This document shows positions 60,361-64,000 of a DNA stretch of 64,000 nt, in pieces; position 1 is the stretch's first letter; each line of letters begins with the position of its first letter. The notes beneath the pieces are model-generated. The model was not told the origin of the DNA and made no database searches. It worked only from the letters and a program-made list of their open reading frames with translations. Made by a program: the position numbers and the translations under genes. The stretch comes from Gemmatimonadota bacterium (lineage in GTDB: Bacteria > Gemmatimonadota > Gemmatimonadetes > Longimicrobiales > Gaopeijiaceae): the NCBI GenBank assembly GCA_034521595.1, contig JAXHMG010000003.1, positions 1,408,001 through 1,472,000 on the forward strand, in the 5' to 3' direction.

Positions 60361-60703
60361 CCGCCGCTCCGAACACGTACACGAGGGGGACCTGGGCGAG
60401 GACGGGGTCGGCCACCGCGGCGGCCATGAACCGAGCTTCCAGCTCCCGGTGACGGTCGAGATCAACGAACGGGACCTCGAGCACGAGCAGCCCCCTCGCG
60501 GGCCCGGCGGATCGCGGCGCGTGGAGCGAGCTGTCCGCCACGCCCCCGAACACGGCCTCAGCCAGCTCCCACGCCCGCCACTGGGCCGCGCGCACCGCCC
60601 AACGGGCCCGCAGCTCCTCCCGGTCGTGCCGGATCTCGAGGAGGTGCGGATGCTCCGGATCGGTTGGCGCCCCCCGCCCCTCCATGGGCACGAATCCGCT
60701 CAT
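60353..60703 (-). CDS. Hypothetical protein
   Basis: Overlaps both neighbours in operon fashion; plausible GC-rich codon usage. Confidence 0.55.
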   Translation of the reverse strand: MSGFVPMEGRGAPTDPEHPHLLEIRHDREELRARWAVRAAQWRAWELAEAVFGGVADSSLHAPRSAGPARGLLVLEVPFVDLDRHRELEARFMAAAVADPVLAQVPLVYVFGAAGV

Positions 60704-61653
60704 GGCTCGGCCGACTCGGATCCGACGGTGGCCTTCGACGTCTCGGAGCGGAACGGCACCTCCACCACCTGTCCGTCACGCGCGACGCGCGCCCGGTCGA
60801 ACACCGCCCTGGCCTCGGCCTCGAGGTCGCGGGGATCGTCCGAATACCGCGCCGAGAGATGGGTCAGGAACAACCGTCGGGCCCCCGCGTCACGGGCCAC
60901 GGCGGCGGCCTCGGCGGCGGTGCTGTGATACGTCTGGCCCGCGCGGACACGTTCCTCTTCTCCGAACGTCGCCTCGTGCACCAGAACGTCCGCTCCCGTC
61001 GCGCTCCTCCGCGTTGCGTCACACGGGCGCGTATCGCCGGTGTACACGACCGTGCGGCCCGGGCGCGGCTCTCCCACGAGATCGGCCGCGCGGATCGTCC
61101 GACCGTCCACCTCCACGTCTTCACCACGGTGCAACCGTCCGAAGAGCGGACCCTCCGGCACGCCCAACAGCCGGGCACGCTCGACGTCGAAGCGCCCGAG
61201 CCGATCCTCTTCCACGAGGGCCCACCCGACCGCCTTGGTACCGTGGTCCACGGGAAAGGCATGCACGGAGTACCCGGTCCCACGGAACGCTTCCCCTTCG
61301 GCACACTCTTCGATGTCCACGCGGAAGCGAGGGCGGTCGTTGCCGAGCGTGACGGCGGTGCGGAGAACGGCGCTCGCCCCCGGCGGCCCGATGATGCGGA
61401 GCGGCTCGACGCGGTCCTGGAGCTGCATGGTCCGTAGCAACCCGGTGATGCCGAGGAAGTGGTCCGCGTGCATGTGCGTCACGAAGATGGCCTCCACGGC
61501 GAAGCCGGTGCCGTACCGCATCATCTGTCGTTGCGTGCCTTCTCCGCAGTCGAACAGGAAGAGCTCGCCCTCCCTCTGGACGGCCAGGCCGCTGACGTTG
61601 CGTCGCACCGTGGGCCGGGCGGCGGCTGTTCCGAGAAAGGTCAGACGGATCAT
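60700..61653 (-). CDS. rnz: Ribonuclease Z
   Basis: FLGT, DCGEGTQ, THMHADH, GP-rich exosite (GVPEGP), YTGDT, HEATF, HST, THLSARY. Confidence 0.95.
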   Translation of the reverse strand: MIRLTFLGTAAARPTVRRNVSGLAVQREGELFLFDCGEGTQRQMMRYGTGFAVEAIFVTHMHADHFLGITGLLRTMQLQDRVEPLRIIGPPGASAVLRTAVTLGNDRPRFRVDIEECAEGEAFRGTGYSVHAFPVDHGTKAVGWALVEEDRLGRFDVERARLLGVPEGPLFGRLHRGEDVEVDGRTIRAADLVGEPRPGRTVVYTGDTRPCDATRRSATGADVLVHEATFGEEERVRAGQTYHSTAAEAAAVARDAGARRLFLTHLSARYSDDPRDLEAEARAVFDRARVARDGQVVEVPFRSETSKATVGSESAEP

Positions 61654-61759
61654 GACGTACGAGCTTTGAAGGCTACGGGGTCACCGGGCGCGGGAACGGG
61701 CGGCGCCCGCCCCGGCTGTGTGAAATTAGCGGCTGTCCGACACGTGCTCCAAGCGGGAA

Positions 61760-64000
61760 TCAAGCCTCCTGCTCGATCCGTTTCGCCAGCGGTCGGTACA
61801 TCAGGCCGTAGAACATCTCCAGGTAACGCCTCGGCTCGTCGCGCTCGAGCGAGGAGATGTACTTCCAGAACCCGTAGATACGCGACAGCTCGAGGAGACG
61901 AGAGGCGTAGAGCGGCCAATTGTACCGCTCCCGGACCCGCTCGATCCCGTTCACGGAGATGCGATCCCACTCGTCCGGATCGTCCGCGAACGTGGCGAGG
62001 ACCTCGGCCATGCGTGCCGTGCTCTGTTCCCAGAGCGTGGGGTCGAGGTGGTATCCGCTCTCCCCGTCCTCCACGATCTCGGAGGGGCCCCCGAAGCACG
62101 TCGCGAAGACGGGAAGCCCGGAGCTCATGGCCTCGACGACGGTGAGCCCGAATCCTTCGAACATCGCGGGCTGGACGAACGCGCCCCGCGTATCGGCCAC
62201 GACCCGGTAGAACTCACCCACGCGGTTCTTGTCCGTTTCCATCTCGAGCCAGCGCACGCACCCGTCGAGCCCGAGCTCGTCCATGAGCGCGTGCATCCGG
62301 GCGATCTGCCGCCGCTCGCCCGCGTCCGAGGACCGCTCCTCGTCCAACGTCCCCCCGACGAGGAGCAGGTTCGCCCGCTCACGCAGGGCCTCCGAGCGAC
62401 CGAACGCCTCGAGCAGCCCCGTCATGTTCTTCACCTCGTCGAGCCGGGACATGGCGAACAGGAGGGGACGGTCGGGATCTTCGAAGGTCCCCCGCGACGG
62501 GCCCGTGGGAGACCCGAAGATCTCGGTCCGGATCACCTCCGTGAGCGGCGACTCGTCACGGTTCCCTTCCCAGTACGGGTAGAAGACCTCGGGATTCGCG
62601 CCCGGCGACACGATGTTGAACTTGGGGTCGAAACAGTCGATGCCCGAAACGACCCGGTACAGGCCCGGCATCGTGAACGACTGATAGCTCTCGTACTGGC
62701 CCACGCTCTCGTTGGTGCCCGCGATCTCCTGGTACGTGCTCGTGATGATGAAGTCCGCGGTGTTCATCGAGATCACGTCGGCCGTGAACTGGCAGGCGAA
62801 GTGGTGCTCGTCCTCGTGCTCCGTCCAGAAGAGGTCCGAGTTCTCGTATTTCGTCTTCTCGAGCGCGTGGGCGATGTTGCACTGGGTCACGTCCAGACGG
62901 TGGGAGAGGACGGTCGCGACCAGATTACCGTCGGAGTAGTTCCCGATGATCATGTCCGGGCGCCCGCCGAGCTCGGCGAGCAGCTCACGCTCAGCGTCGA
63001 CGGCGAAACGCTCGAGATAGGGCCAGATGCGGAAGCGCGAGACCCAAGGGCGCACTACATCTCCTTCCTGGGTTCGGAAGGGCACGCGTAGAATCCGTGC
63101 GTTCTCGGTACCGAGGATCCGCTCCATCCGGAGATCGCAAGTGGTGTCGCCGGCGTCGGGGATGAGTCGCGACAACACGACGATCTCGGGTTCGACGTCG
63201 AGCCCTTGCTCGTACAAGGAGGCCCGCATCGCGTCCTCCAGGGCTCGCACCTGGTCCAGGATATAGACGACCTGCCCACCCGTATCGGGCTTGCCGAGCA
63301 CGTTCGCCTGGCCGAAGTATCCGTGCGGGGAAACGATCGCGATCGACGTGATCATCGGCACCCGTGCCAGGAAATCCTGGAGATGCCGGGGGTCCGGCGC
63401 TTCGAGGATGTCGAGCAGGAGCTCCATGGTTTCCCGCGCCCGCTCCGCGGTCCGTCCCCACCCCGGCTCGAAGCCCAGCCGTCGCAGCTCTTTCCCCCAC
63501 CGCGCGCGCTCCGCATCCCCGGTTTCTTTTCCGAGGAGATCCACGGCGTTCCGGAGCGCCGTCCTGAGGTCCTCCGTGGACTCGATGGTCCCGTTCAACA
63601 TCAGCGGCTGGTCGCCCAAGGAGTGCACGCGCAGGAAGTCCACCAGCCGGGCGAGGCCTTCCCGCTCCGGAGGACGCATGCCCGGTGCGGGCCTGCTGGT
63701 TTTCGTGCGCCGTTCCTCGAAGAGCCGGCCCGAGAGGTAGCGGTTCAGGTGCTCCACCCCACGTCCGATCGATCTCGGTCGGCTGAGACGAGGGAACTTG
63801 CGCTCGAACGGCTCCAGGTCGATCTCGAGCACGAAGCGGTCTTCGCCACGCTCTCCGGTCACGAGGCGTTCCTTCACGTCCAGGTATTCCGACACCGAGA
63901 TCTCGGCGCACCGCATCTCTTCGGAGTTCACCTGCAGATATCGCCACTGGGCGACCCGCTCCCGAACGCTCAGATACAGCATGGAGTCCCGCACCACCGC
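61760..64000 (-). CDS. sus: Sucrose synthase (GT4), 5' end beyond window edge
   Basis: SPHGYFGQANVLGKPDTGGQVVYILDQVRALE, GNYSDGN, AHALEKTKY, TSTYQEIAG, EGFGLTVVEAM, YLEMFY. Confidence 0.93.
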   Translation of the reverse strand, partial: AVVRDSMLYLSVRERVAQWRYLQVNSEEMRCAEISVSEYLDVKERLVTGERGEDRFVLEIDLEPFERKFPRLSRPRSIGRGVEHLNRYLSGRLFEERRTKTSRPAPGMRPPEREGLARLVDFLRVHSLGDQPLMLNGTIESTEDLRTALRNAVDLLGKETGDAERARWGKELRRLGFEPGWGRTAERARETMELLLDILEAPDPRHLQDFLARVPMITSIAIVSPHGYFGQANVLGKPDTGGQVVYILDQVRALEDAMRASLYEQGLDVEPEIVVLSRLIPDAGDTTCDLRMERILGTENARILRVPFRTQEGDVVRPWVSRFRIWPYLERFAVDAERELLAELGGRPDMIIGNYSDGNLVATVLSHRLDVTQCNIAHALEKTKYENSDLFWTEHEDEHHFACQFTADVISMNTADFIITSTYQEIAGTNESVGQYESYQSFTMPGLYRVVSGIDCFDPKFNIVSPGANPEVFYPYWEGNRDESPLTEVIRTEIFGSPTGPSRGTFEDPDRPLLFAMSRLDEVKNMTGLLEAFGRSEALRERANLLLVGGTLDEERSSDAGERRQIARMHALMDELGLDGCVRWLEMETDKNRVGEFYRVVADTRGAFVQPAMFEGFGLTVVEAMSSGLPVFATCFGGPSEIVEDGESGYHLDPTLWEQSTARMAEVLATFADDPDEWDRISVNGIERVRERYNWPLYASRLLELSRIYGFWKYISSLERDEPRRYLEMFYGLMYRPLAKRIEQEA

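Overview
A very GC-rich bacterial chromosomal window. Gene content, gene order and the tmRNA tag (ANNNMALAA) fit Gemmatimonadota, possibly Longimicrobiales, but this assignment is inferred. Most of the window is minus-strand housekeeping. One block holds sucrose synthase (partial), rnz, tyrA, an aroA-cmk fusion, rpsA, an LpoA-like lipoprotein and the propionyl-CoA carboxylase/methylmalonyl-CoA mutase cluster. A second block holds argS, purM, ribD/E/BA/H, nusB, hpf, hprK, a mannose-class PTS, ptsI, metK, recO, selB and dusB. tmRNA and tRNA-Ser(UGA) are also present. Three zones stand out. (1) At 4.9-6.0 kb, about 205-bp repeats lie downstream of both tRNA-Ser and tmRNA. Each unit carries a copy of the parent RNA's 3' end, split in the T-loop by a related ~90-nt structured insert. 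This is the strongest candidate for an undescribed element. (2) At 29.9-37.2 kb, an operon with a putative Fur box encodes a TonB receptor, a DUF4856-like lipoprotein, a GT-C-like membrane protein and a flavoprotein. (3) At 37.3-42.8 kb, an accessory islet holds an intact vapBC, a SusC-like remnant and a serA + D-2-hydroxyglutarate dehydrogenase pair. It also holds decayed toxin-antitoxin modules, where two integron-cassette-like TA units appear inserted into a vapC gene. All calls come from reading the sequence and recognising motifs; no database searches were run.
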